Shown here: in pieces, positions 48,059 to 57,555 of the stretch
Numbering within the stretch: position 1 is the stretch's first letter
Layout of the letters: each line of letters begins with the position of its first letter
Source: Thermoplasmata archaeon
GTDB lineage: Archaea > Thermoplasmatota > Thermoplasmata > Sysuiplasmatales > Sysuiplasmataceae
Direction of reading: 5' to 3'
DNA length: 64,000 nucleotides
NCBI GenBank assembly: GCA_021817225.1
Contig: JAKAVR010000001.1
Span: forward strand, 8,002-72,001
Position numbers and translations under genes: made by a program
The notes under the pieces: generated by a model
What the model saw: only the letters and a program-made list of their open reading frames with translations
Told to the model about the DNA's origin: nothing
Database searches by the model: none

Positions 48059-50701
48059 TCAGGCAGGTTCTGATTTCCTTAGCAGAAGGCTCAGACCCAA
48101 TGCAATCATCACCGACCCTGGAATTATGAGTATGTAGCCCCCGGAAATGTTTGTGTTCGAGTACGAGATGAAGGCACCGGCATACAACGCCAGACCAAGC
48201 AGCATCGAAGCCGTTGCGGCGGCATTGTGCCGCTTCTTTTTCATGACCATGCCTCCGGCCATCCCGAAAGCAACTTTTGACTGAGCTGTCCGGTCAGCGC
48301 CTGCATTGTCCATTGCCGTCACCCGTCTCACTTTCATTCCAGGCGGCTCTGCGGCAGCTGCGACCGCCTTCGGGGCAGCTTCCTGCCTTGCTGTGGTTGT
48401 TGAAGGGCCGCTGTTCAACAATTCCGCAACCCTCGTCGAAACCCTGTCTGATATGTCGCTGGACATTGCCTGGAGTCTGTTGTCGAGCTCGTTCTTGAGC
48501 ACCAGTCTGTCTGTGAGCGACTTGACTTCCTTTTTCACTGCGAATATCTGGTCTTCCATGTCGCTCCTGATATCCTCAATACTTGTCCTTAGCTCGTTAC
48601 GGACACTCACTTCGCTGGAGAGCGCTTCCACTCGGCCATAAAGGGTTTCGAGGCTTTCGTTCAATCGCATAATGCCGTTCTTCACCTGTTCCAGATTTGC
48701 AAGATCGGGTGATTTCGCCTTTCGCTCCACAGTCCCCCCAACAATTTCCTTCTGCACCACTCCTGCTCCGATTTTCTTCCTGAGTTCAAATAGCCGATCC
48801 TCCATGCCAGCAATCTTCTCTTCAAGATTCTTGAGCCCATCACCAGCAGGATCTGCGTTATGCTCACTCGAACTGGGATGCATACTGACAGGCACCACTG
48901 TTTCTTCAGTGGCACCGGTGAAATTCAGGCGGTTCTTTCCCAATTCTTCAGCTCCACCGACACTGACAAGAGATATGCCGGGGCTGTCGTTCCTCCCAGG
49001 CCCATCGGCTTCCTTCTCCTGAGCGGAGTCGAGGATTATAACGTTTGAATTCGGCTGGGATTCACCGGCTGGTGTGCTGCTCGTCGTGACCTCACTCTTC
49101 ACTGCGGGGGCTGCTGCAGGAAGGGCGATATTTGCTGTCTTCTTTGTTTGCCTGTGCTGTCCCTTAAGCACCGAAGAGCCTGCTCTAGAAGCAAGTGTGA
49201 ATGCGAATGTGGAAACAACTATCGAGGTGAGCGCAAGAACGTAAATTGTACCTGAAGAGCTGGTCTGTGTCTGCAGCAGCAGGACGGAAATTGCCGCGAC
49301 TGTTACGCCTCGTGGCATCGTGGCACCCACGAGCTTGAAGTCTTTTCTGAAACTCTCTTTGTTCTTTCTGCTGTAGAACGCCAGTGGAAGACCGAACATG
49401 CCGCTGAGATACCGCAGGCCAACAAAGATCGGGACCATCAGCAGTATCAGCTCAATTGCACCTTTCACCTCGTTCGGAGGAATGGGAGGCAGGCCCTGCG
49501 GGGGGGAGAAGAGCATAAGGCCCAGCTCGATCCCGATGCTGAAGTAGAACACTATCCGGATGAGCAGCTCTATTTCATCGTGGAAGAGCATCATTCCAGT
49601 GAAAGTCCTCTTTCCCTGCAGAGATGAATCACTCTCGTAGCTCTTCCTTCCACCCCCGGGGAAAAGATATCCTATGAAAAAGCCCAGATATATCAGTGCG
49701 ATCAGGGCAAAGAGTGCGTTCGCAAAACCGGCAAATGAAGTGAGTCTCAGCATTTCCTCAAAAACAAGCAGTCCTATGCCCAGGACAATTCCGTAAAGGA
49801 TCATGCCCATCCTCATCTGCTTCTCGCTGAACTCCGTTACATCCGCTGAACGGCGTATTTCTATGTCTTCGGTGGAGGTGGGAAATGGCTTCCTCAGGTA
49901 GAGCACTGCATAAGGCTCTATGCCCGACTTGTTTCCGCCTGAAAGTCTTCGTTTGACAAAGAAGACAATTGTTCTTGAGCTCATGTACACAATAATCGGG
50001 ATTCCTGCAAGAGCGAAGACAAGCACCACAAGATGGTAGTCAATGACGCTTGATAGCGCACTTGCAGTTGTCTGAAGGAAGACAGGGATCGTAGGCGAAT
50101 TATTCCCGATGAATATCTGATTGTAGAAAATCGCAACCATGAGCAGCAGTACTATGCTGTTCATGGTGGATTCCAGTTTTATGACACTCGTGAGTTTTGT
50201 CAGATGTTCCGTTTTGTATGCCCGTTCCGCTGAAAGATTCGTGATGTGATTGAGATACGGAACCACGACTGCGGCGGAAGTCTCACCAATTATCGAACCG
50301 AACAGAGCGCCGAGCGCCCATGGCCATCCAAGCAGCAGCTGGCAGACATAGGCAAAGACTACAGCCGATGAAACGATGTCCACTACCGCCATGATGATGC
50401 CGCCGGCGGCGACTCTAAGGCCCGACCCGCGCAGCTGTTTGGCATCAAGACCGAGCTTGAGTCCCGTCCCCAGGTATATCAGCACGAGTACTGTGTCTGT
50501 AATCAGCGGTATTGAAAAGAACTGTATGAATGAAACGAAAGTCTGCGGCACAGCAATGAAATTGTACACCATGAGGAATGCGAATCCTACACCCCCAAGC
50601 ACAAGAAGCAGGACCTGGAATGCTACACCCGCCACAAATTCATAGATGGCAAATGTCAGAATGGAACCTATCAGTATGAGATACGTTGCGAAAAGCAACA
50701 C
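48059..50701 (-). CDS. cation:proton antiporter domain (N-terminal, about 440 aa) fused to a long coiled-coil/Ser-Thr-rich C-terminal region ending in a TM anchor
   Basis: Na+/H+ exchanger-like N-half. C-half has heptad-like 'LEEKIAGMEDRLFELRKKIG...' segments and terminal TM helices. Confidence 0.6.
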   Translation of the reverse strand: MLLFATYLILIGSILTFAIYEFVAGVAFQVLLLVLGGVGFAFLMVYNFIAVPQTFVSFIQFFSIPLITDTVLVLIYLGTGLKLGLDAKQLRGSGLRVAAGGIIMAVVDIVSSAVVFAYVCQLLLGWPWALGALFGSIIGETSAAVVVPYLNHITNLSAERAYKTEHLTKLTSVIKLESTMNSIVLLLMVAIFYNQIFIGNNSPTIPVFLQTTASALSSVIDYHLVVLVFALAGIPIIVYMSSRTIVFFVKRRLSGGNKSGIEPYAVLYLRKPFPTSTEDIEIRRSADVTEFSEKQMRMGMILYGIVLGIGLLVFEEMLRLTSFAGFANALFALIALIYLGFFIGYLFPGGGRKSYESDSSLQGKRTFTGMMLFHDEIELLIRIVFYFSIGIELGLMLFSPPQGLPPIPPNEVKGAIELILLMVPIFVGLRYLSGMFGLPLAFYSRKNKESFRKDFKLVGATMPRGVTVAAISVLLLQTQTSSSGTIYVLALTSIVVSTFAFTLASRAGSSVLKGQHRQTKKTANIALPAAAPAVKSEVTTSSTPAGESQPNSNVIILDSAQEKEADGPGRNDSPGISLVSVGGAEELGKNRLNFTGATEETVVPVSMHPSSSEHNADPAGDGLKNLEEKIAGMEDRLFELRKKIGAGVVQKEIVGGTVERKAKSPDLANLEQVKNGIMRLNESLETLYGRVEALSSEVSVRNELRTSIEDIRSDMEDQIFAVKKEVKSLTDRLVLKNELDNRLQAMSSDISDRVSTRVAELLNSGPSTTTARQEAAPKAVAAAAEPPGMKVRRVTAMDNAGADRTAQSKVAFGMAGGMVMKKKRHNAAATASMLLGLALYAGAFISYSNTNISGGYILIIPGSVMIALGLSLLLRKSEPA

Positions 50702-51046
50702 TTCTTCAGTTGACGGATAACTTGGGATGGCAGTCGTTTAAGCACTTCTCCCTATCCTCGACTTTATTTGCGTCTTCTATGCGCATTTCAGGCGGATGCC
50801 GGATCATCCTTTCCAGTTGGGTTTGTGATATAAAAAGGGTAAAGACCTGATTATCATCCCGAGGTCCAACATTTCCCCCTGCTTTCACATCAGGGGCACA
50901 ATTTTGTTCCCCTTTCAATTCTTATAAGTTGCAATTCATAAGACCCGCTGTGACTAGGAAAATCACAGTAAACATGTGCATTACCCCGGATGGGCATTCA
51001 GAATTCCAGGATTATCCGGGCCCGGATGCCCAGTTGAATGAACCGG

Positions 51047-51083
51047 GTGCGGCTGCCGGGATATACACATTAAGGTTCGAATC
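51047..51083 (+). repeat. cassette-boundary repeat, copy A
   Basis: 'GTGCGGCTGCCGGGATATACACATTAAGGTTCGAATC', 1 mismatch to consensus. Ends 72 bp past the vapC-1 stop. Confidence 0.85.
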
Positions 51084-51154
51084 TGAGATTGAATGGTACG
51101 TGCCTAAAGAAGACGTTTCAATGTTCAGTGTCAATTTGCACTAGGCGGGCAGTT

Positions 51155-51628
51155 TCAGCCTTTAGCGTGATGGACTGCTTTGGCCGTAGTGATACCGGAC
51201 CTTATTGCCCTGGTTATGCTCCAAACCTCAATAACGCGCTCATCCCGTATCTGATTGAAGTGCTTGTCATTGGTGATGAGGATTGCACTTTCCTGAAGGC
51301 AAGTGGCCGCATGAAGTGTGTCTGCCGGTTCGTTTGCCGGCATATATTTGGCGCAAATGGAAACGAAGTTGTTTCCAACCTGAACCATACGCATTCTGTT
51401 GAGCAGTGCCTCAACAAGTAAGGCTGCTGTTTCGGAATGAAATTCCTCTGCATACCGCAGCATCTCCTCTACCCAAAATTCATTTCCAACAAGTTGTAAG
51501 TTGTCATTTTGTATAAGTTCCAGTAGGAAACGAAGTGTACCCGTTTCCCTGCCTGGATGCCTCACAGCAGCTACGAAGACGTTGGTATCAAGGAGAAAGG
51601 ACCGGATAGGACTTTCTGATAAGAGCAT
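51155..51628 (-). CDS. vapC: PIN-domain toxin (VapC-1)
   Basis: 'LLDTNVFVAA' and 'ILITNDKHF' PIN acidic motifs. Confidence 0.7.
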   Translation of the reverse strand: MLLSESPIRSFLLDTNVFVAAVRHPGRETGTLRFLLELIQNDNLQLVGNEFWVEEMLRYAEEFHSETAALLVEALLNRMRMVQVGNNFVSICAKYMPANEPADTLHAATCLQESAILITNDKHFNQIRDERVIEVWSITRAIRSGITTAKAVHHAKG

Positions 51629-51881
51629 TTACGTCCTTCCTGATACGGCTGGCTATTTCATCGATGTCTTTGCCTTCCAGTTCCTTTTCAAGGCGCGCAG
51701 CTATTGATTTCACATCCAATTTCTGGAGTATTATGCGACCGCCTCCAGAGATTGTGATAAGAATCTTCGCGCCTTCATCAATTCCGGCCGCCTTCCGGAT
51801 TTCCTTAGGTATTACTATCCTACCCGCCCTGTCTATTCCTGCTATCTCTTCCATTGATTCATGTATATGCCATAATGCCAT
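51588..51881 (-). CDS. vapB: AbrB/SpoVT-fold antitoxin (VapB-1)
   Basis: 'AGRIVIPKEIRKAAGIDEGAKILI' swapped-hairpin motif. Overlaps vapC. Confidence 0.65.
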   Translation of the reverse strand: MALWHIHESMEEIAGIDRAGRIVIPKEIRKAAGIDEGAKILITISGGGRIILQKLDVKSIAARLEKELEGKDIDEIASRIRKDVNALIRKSYPVLSP

Positions 51882-52096
51882 TTAATCTTTATGTTGGTAT
51901 AATGGCAGTTCATCCGACACATGATGTGGATTGCAAAGCCTGGAGCGGACACTGCATTTCACGCCATATCAGTGATTGGAGCGTCTCATTCATGTTGTTC
52001 CCATTCCAGGATATGTTGACCCAGAGTCTCAAGTGTCCGGATTGCAGGCGAGCAACTATTCACTCTAAGCTCGAATTCTTAGCCATCTTTGAATAT

Positions 52097-52134
52097 GTGC
52101 GGCTGCCGGGATAAGCGCATCAATGTTCGAATCC
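52097..52134 (+). repeat. cassette-boundary repeat, copy B
   Basis: 'GTGCGGCTGCCGGGATAAGCGCATCAATGTTCGAATCC', 4 mismatches. Confidence 0.8.
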
Positions 52135-52373
52135 TGGAGACTACTTATAGACGCCCGCTTTGATTGAGCAACAAGGTTCCAACTCATTTAAGGTAGAAAT
52201 CTACCTTGTGACATTACGTGATTAACGCTGGCATCTATAGTCTGAAATACACTGCCTACGACGATGAAAGCTGTCTGCAATCTCCCGCTCATTTACGGAT
52301 TGCTCAAATAGCCGCATTACTCTCGAGGATTGCTGTAAGTAAGCCCGATTGGACCTTTAACTCCCTGTCAAAT

Positions 52374-53297
52374 TCAAATCACACGCTTCTTAACATCGCT
52401 CATACTTTGCACAAGACTGTCCTTGTCTTCGACTACCAAGACATTATACCTCACCCTCCTTCCACTTGAGAGGAGGAAGTAAATCCAGCCTGAATATGGC
52501 CGCTTGAATGGATTCAGGGTCTTCCTTACGTATCCTATTTCTTCCACAACTTTCCTGTCAATCCAGAAATCGTTCGGAAAGTGGTCAGAGGGACCACCAG
52601 ACTTAAGCGACTCAATCCTCTGCTGGCATATTTCCCTGATTGTTCCTCTCTTGAGACTGTCGTTCCACATTTCCTGGGAGTTACTTATGGGGCCCTGAAC
52701 TTGTTGAGGCGAGAGACATGTAAGGAAAATCAAACGTTTGTTCGTTACGATAATCACGTTCTCAGTGTATTTTCCTTCAGCAACCCCCTCCTCAACAGGG
52801 TGGAGCCTGAACACAGGTGCGGCGTGAGCCAAAAGTCCTTCTCCAGGCAGGAGTTGAACCGGAGAATTTCCAAAAGGATTAATCCCCTCTTCCCCTCTCT
52901 GTATATTTCCCCTAAGATTCTCCTCCTTATTGAGGTATAGCTGCCCGATCCGCCTGCTTTGGTATATCGCAAGCACGAGGATAAATAGCAGTATCAGGAA
53001 CAATACAGCCACATCATATATGGGAAGACCGAGTGGAATCGAGATTATGACAACGATCAATAAAAGGAAGAAGATGACGAGTCGTGCAAATGTTCGCATA
53101 GCTGACTGTCTCTTCATGGCAGTGGCTCCGATTGCCCCTGCTCTACCGGGACCACTGTATGTTGCACCTGCTGAAGGTATGCCATTGGTTGTCGGATTGC
53201 TCAGTTGTTTTCCGCATGAGGTGCAGTATACAGGGTTCCCCGAATGTTCAGTGCCACAATTTGGGCAACACACTAGGTTGTAAAGGGCATTTACCAT
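52374..53297 (-). CDS. double zinc-ribbon / transmembrane protein with uncharacterised C-terminal domain
   Basis: 'CPNCGTEHSGNPVYCTSCG', then 2 TM helices, then a roughly 190-aa soluble domain. Confidence 0.5.
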   Translation of the reverse strand: MVNALYNLVCCPNCGTEHSGNPVYCTSCGKQLSNPTTNGIPSAGATYSGPGRAGAIGATAMKRQSAMRTFARLVIFFLLLIVVIISIPLGLPIYDVAVLFLILLFILVLAIYQSRRIGQLYLNKEENLRGNIQRGEEGINPFGNSPVQLLPGEGLLAHAAPVFRLHPVEEGVAEGKYTENVIIVTNKRLIFLTCLSPQQVQGPISNSQEMWNDSLKRGTIREICQQRIESLKSGGPSDHFPNDFWIDRKVVEEIGYVRKTLNPFKRPYSGWIYFLLSSGRRVRYNVLVVEDKDSLVQSMSDVKKRVI

Positions 53298-53709
53298 AAG
53301 CGCTCATTCCTCAGAAACATCAACCTGCCCATACATCCGCCTACTTTGGGAAGAACAATACTGGAATTTCTGCTTACCAGAAACAGAGGAATATCGTCCG
53401 AGACGGACGATGTCGCGTAGTTGATCTGACTGTATTTACTTAAACTTAGTGATTTATTTTATCACATGTCTCATAATCAGTGCCAATTACTGGAATTCTA
53501 AGAGTGGACAAGTTACTGAGAAATGCGGCCAAAGCATCCAGTGGAAGATGGTGCGTGAAGCTGTAGAACCAATACTCCCGTGCGACGGCGGCCAATATCT
53601 CCATGACATACCTGGAAGGTGCAAGGTGTGGAAGGTATCGAGGCACAACAGGATTGGGCATTAGAGCGACTTAGGCGACAATATCTTGAAAGTGTTGGAT
53701 TGATTATAA

Positions 53710-55278
53710 TATTAATCCCTGACTCCCGCTGATTTAGGCAATCTGTCTCCAGTTCTTCGATTTTGAGCACGATTTCATCGGCAGATCTAAGTACTAGCTT
53801 GCCTATATACACTATTGATGACCACATTCCCGGAATGGGTGCTGAAATACAGGGAGAAGGGGACTGATGTCAGATACCTGAATGGTCACTACTACCTCTA
53901 CAGTGTGACGAGCAAATACGATCCTTCTGTGAAGCGGTCGCGGAAAGTAACACTTGCATATCTCGGCAGGATAACGCCAGAAGGACTTGTGAGGCCCAAG
54001 GCAGCCAGGATGATGGACGAGCTGCAGTACATAACAAACAGGGAGTATGGTGCATCGAGCTTCATACTCTCCGAGTGCTCCGATGTGATCGAGCTCCTGA
54101 AGAAACACTTCCCCGATGAATGGAAGGAGATTGCAGTGTGCGCAATCATGCGCTTCTTCCATTCATCACCCATGAAGAACATGCAGCTGCACTATGTTTC
54201 GTCGCATCTCTCCGATGCGCTGCCTGATGCACGTATGTCGCCCGAGAGTGTGAGCAATCTGCTGCACTACACTGGACTGCGAAGGCAGAGGATTGTTGAC
54301 TTCATGTCAAACTTTGTTCAGGGGGAGCAGTGCGTCATAGACCTGACGCACGTATTCTCGAGGAGCGAGAATGTAATAGCCGCCACACTGGGCCACAACC
54401 CCGGCGGCGGCCACATTCCTCAGCTGAACATGGTACTACTGACATCTTTGAAGGGCAACCACCCATCATTTTTCAGGATTGTGCCTGGGAGCATCGGCGA
54501 TGTATCCACGATAAGGATGACCATGAAGGAGGCTGGCATATCCGGTCCTGATGCTGTCCTGGTCGGAGACAAGGGTTTCTACTCAAAGGACAACATGCTC
54601 TTCCTCGAGAAGGAGAGGATGCGCTTCATACTGCCGCTCAGGAGGGACAGCGCATTCATCGATTACATACCTGCAAGGGGTGACGCACGCACAAAGTTCG
54701 ACGGCTGCTTCATGTTCGATGAGAGGGTCATATGGCACAGCAGGAGGGACATTCGGAAGAGGAGAGTGATCCTCTTCCTCGACGAAGACCTCAGGACGGA
54801 GGAGGGGAGGGACATGATCGCGCGCATAAAAGATGGCAGGGGAAGGATGTCATCGTACCATGAACAGATGCAGAAGATGGGAACCATTGCGATCATAACA
54901 AACACGACGGCACGTCCGCAGAGGGTGTATGAGCTTCTGAAGAGGAGGATAGAGATAGAGCAGACATTCGACACGTTCAAGAGCACACTGCATGCGGACC
55001 GCTCCTACATGAGGAGCGATGTGAGCATGCAGGGATGGATGTTCATCAACTTTGTTGCACTGCTGCTCTATTACAGGGTATACGACCTGCTGTTCAGGAG
55101 GAAGCTGCTCAAGAAATACTCGCCGGGGGACGTGGTGCTGCACCTGTCGCTCATATCGAAGATGAAGATTGGCGACAGGTGGGTGCTGTCTGAGATACCA
55201 AAGCAGTCCAGGATACTCATGGAGAAACTTGAAATCAGCGTATCGATTGCCTAAATCAGCGGGAGTCAGGGATTAATA
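53710..55278 (+). mobile_element. IS element (IS4/IS1634-like), 1569 bp, perfect 34-bp terminal inverted repeats
   Basis: Left IR 53710-53743 'TATTAATCCCTGACTCCCGCTGATTTAGGCAATC' is the exact reverse complement of 55245-55278. No flanking target-site duplication. Confidence 0.85.
53815..55254 (+). CDS. DDE transposase (IS4/IS1634-like, 479 aa)
   Basis: 'LVGDKGFYSKDN' and 'IEIEQTFDTFK' DDE-region blocks. Lies inside the TIR-bounded element. Confidence 0.75.
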   Translation: MMTTFPEWVLKYREKGTDVRYLNGHYYLYSVTSKYDPSVKRSRKVTLAYLGRITPEGLVRPKAARMMDELQYITNREYGASSFILSECSDVIELLKKHFPDEWKEIAVCAIMRFFHSSPMKNMQLHYVSSHLSDALPDARMSPESVSNLLHYTGLRRQRIVDFMSNFVQGEQCVIDLTHVFSRSENVIAATLGHNPGGGHIPQLNMVLLTSLKGNHPSFFRIVPGSIGDVSTIRMTMKEAGISGPDAVLVGDKGFYSKDNMLFLEKERMRFILPLRRDSAFIDYIPARGDARTKFDGCFMFDERVIWHSRRDIRKRRVILFLDEDLRTEEGRDMIARIKDGRGRMSSYHEQMQKMGTIAIITNTTARPQRVYELLKRRIEIEQTFDTFKSTLHADRSYMRSDVSMQGWMFINFVALLLYYRVYDLLFRRKLLKKYSPGDVVLHLSLISKMKIGDRWVLSEIPKQSRILMEKLEISVSIA

Positions 55279-55440
55279 CATCATCATTAAAATGTCCCCC
55301 ATGGGCATACCACTCCTTCTGCAGTCACCTGTTGGAATCTGCGTATCTCTTTGGATTCGCACCTTTTGGTTCTATTTTGGGAGAACTGATATCCCCGCTT
55401 CATTTGCTATAGGTTCGAATCTGATGCCCAAACGGACCGT

Positions 55441-55478
55441 GTGCGGCTGCCGGGATATACGCATTAAGGTTCGAATCC
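55441..55478 (+). repeat. cassette-boundary repeat, copy C (consensus copy; extended unit 55410-55478)
   Basis: 'GTGCGGCTGCCGGGATATACGCATTAAGGTTCGAATCC'. Upstream half-site 'TAGGTTCGAATC' at 55410-55421. Confidence 0.85.
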
Positions 55479-55670
55479 TGGCTTTTGCACCCTGAGCATA
55501 GAATCTGGCTACTTCACCAGCATAAGGCTCTCACCTATCTTCATTGTCTAATGTACATTGTTTGCCAGGGTGATGCCAGCAATCAACAGATATGCTCATT
55601 CTTCAATCTTAAAATGCCCCTTATAAGATCTGTCCATATATACATGCAGATCCTGAATTTCTTTTAAATC

Positions 55671-56036
55671 ATGTCAAGAGTGGTCTCGACCTATTTTCAT
55701 GCAAACCGTAGTATCATTAAAGTTTTGCAAAAGCTGATACAGCTAAGCGTGGTTAACTATAGACGAACTAGCTTGACTCTAAAACTGAAGATCGGGAAGA
55801 AAGGATACGTGATTATTCCAAAAGCGATTAGAAAGGCAATCGGTGTTGATGAAGGCGATGACCTGATAGTCACTGTTGAAGACGGAATAAGGCTAATTCC
55901 CGAAAGGAAGATTGACAGGAACTCGTTGCATAAAGCGATTGCTCGCCACAAAGCAGCTGTCTTTTCTATGGGCAAAGCCAAGGCCCCTAGGGTAGGGGAA
56001 GCAAAGAAGTACTCACTGGAGGACGAGTTTGACTAA
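55671..56036 (+). CDS. vapB: AbrB/SpoVT-fold antitoxin (VapB-2)
   Basis: 'IGKKGYVIIPKAIRKAIGVDEGDDLIV'. True start probably internal (GTG 55749 or TTG 55773). Confidence 0.55.
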   Translation: MSRVVSTYFHANRSIIKVLQKLIQLSVVNYRRTSLTLKLKIGKKGYVIIPKAIRKAIGVDEGDDLIVTVEDGIRLIPERKIDRNSLHKAIARHKAAVFSMGKAKAPRVGEAKKYSLEDEFD

Positions 56037-56128
56037 TGTTTTCATAGACACCAGCCTTTTTGTTTATCTTAACACACCATCAATAAACTTCGTCAAATGT
56101 GCTGCCTTCTATGAAGATGAAATTAATG

Positions 56129-57555
56129 CATTGGTGTTCGGTTAAGGAAATGCCAGTTCATCTCCCATCAGCCTCCTTCTCCTGACATTCGGATCCAGCG
56201 CAGGACTTTCATAGAAGGCGAGTGCCTTGTCGAAGCCATCCTCTATGTCCATGTAGTCAAGCAGGAAGTCAAACAGCCTTGTTCCCCTCTCTACAAATAT
56301 CTTTGACCATCTCAGGCGCGTGTACCGTATTGCGTCGATTCCCTTCCCGTCCACAACTATGAGATAGAGGCGGCGGGAAACGAGCATTGTTATGAGTGCA
56401 GTCCATACAAGCGCTTCCACAGCATGCGGGTTGGCCGTTGGCATCTGGTCCAGCCTGTACTGTGATTTCAACTCCTTGAACACAAGCTCTATCTCCCATC
56501 TGCAGCGGTAGAGTGTGGCGACTTCCGCCGCATTGAGCCTCCCGACAGGGAGGTTGGTAATGTATGAGTGATACTCCCTCCTGACATCATCCCACACGCA
56601 TACGAGCCTGAAACGTGCGGCCGCAGCAGATCTGCTGCCACGGTACTGCCTCTTCCTGAACGACACCTCGACAACTGCATCCAGCATACCATGATGCATC
56701 TCTGGAAGGAGTTCGCTGAGATGCCTCCCGGGCACACCTTCCGGGAGTCCGCTGCCCGCATTCACGCTGAGTATGAGCACATCGGCATTGGATTTCAGTC
56801 TTGAGAGGAAGTAACCGCCGTTCGCCTCAATCCTCTCAAACAGGGAGTATTTGAAGAAACCGGGATCTGCTATGAACAGCCTGTCCTTCACCCACTTTCC
56901 AATCCTGACTGTCTTTATCTCCGCCTGCCTCTCGCCGAATATGCGGACAGACTTCGGTCCGCCGCCTGTCATGCTTATGATTGCAGATACCCTGATGCCT
57001 GCGGCAATCCTCCTGCTCCTTGTTGCAGGCCACATCTCTGCAAGCTTTGCATTGAGCCTGATGACACTGCTGTCCTGGACAACAATATCCTTCAGGAAGG
57101 AGAGCGCTTCCTTCAGTTTCTTTCCCGGAAGCGATGAAAGCTGCTCCATGCCGTGCAGCACGCACTCATGAAGAAAGCGGACGAGCTCCGGGCTGAAGCG
57201 CTCATAGAAGCTGCTCATCGCAATACCGATGCCTGCCCTCTCCTCATAGCCGCGCTTCAGCGATGCCAGTGTCCTCTGCGTGTGCATGCTTATGCTGAGT
57301 GCAAACGTCCAGAAGAGATAGACCGGATCTATCTTCCTCTCCCTCTTCACGAGACCCGTCTTCCTTGCAGTGCTCCGAAGCCACTGAGGAGAGTACATTT
57401 CTGTGAGTCTCTCCTCCACAATGTAATCGTTCTTTTCTTTCTCTGCAGGCACTCCCTTCCGTTTGTTTACAGATACTCTCATTCATGCATCCCGGAAAGT
57501 GAATGCCAGTGGCGCTGTAAATAATTATTCAGAAATCCTTAACCGAACACCGATG
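56129..57555 (-). mobile_element. IS4-family insertion sequence, 1427 bp, 19-bp imperfect IRs, 10-bp TSD
   Basis: IR 'CATTGGTGTTCGGTTAAGG' (56129-56147) versus the reverse complement of 57537-57555. TSD 'GAAATTAATG' at 56119-56128 and 57556-57565. Confidence 0.85.
56142..57482 (-). CDS. IS4-family DDE transposase (446 aa)
   Basis: 'LYRCRWEIELVFKELK' Y-(2)-R-(3)-E-(6)-K motif typical of IS4. Confidence 0.85.
   Translation of the reverse strand: MRVSVNKRKGVPAEKEKNDYIVEERLTEMYSPQWLRSTARKTGLVKRERKIDPVYLFWTFALSISMHTQRTLASLKRGYEERAGIGIAMSSFYERFSPELVRFLHECVLHGMEQLSSLPGKKLKEALSFLKDIVVQDSSVIRLNAKLAEMWPATRSRRIAAGIRVSAIISMTGGGPKSVRIFGERQAEIKTVRIGKWVKDRLFIADPGFFKYSLFERIEANGGYFLSRLKSNADVLILSVNAGSGLPEGVPGRHLSELLPEMHHGMLDAVVEVSFRKRQYRGSRSAAAARFRLVCVWDDVRREYHSYITNLPVGRLNAAEVATLYRCRWEIELVFKELKSQYRLDQMPTANPHAVEALVWTALITMLVSRRLYLIVVDGKGIDAIRYTRLRWSKIFVERGTRLFDFLLDYMDIEDGFDKALAFYESPALDPNVRRRRLMGDELAFP

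Noticed and set aside
50929-51144. 71-aa ORF overlapping repeat copy A
   Set aside because: Spans the conserved repeat. No coding signal.
56036-56047. ATG at 56036 as vapC-2 start
   Set aside because: That frame reads ATG TTT TCA TAG (stop after 3 codons). The PIN frame is +2 relative to it, with a TTG at 56029.
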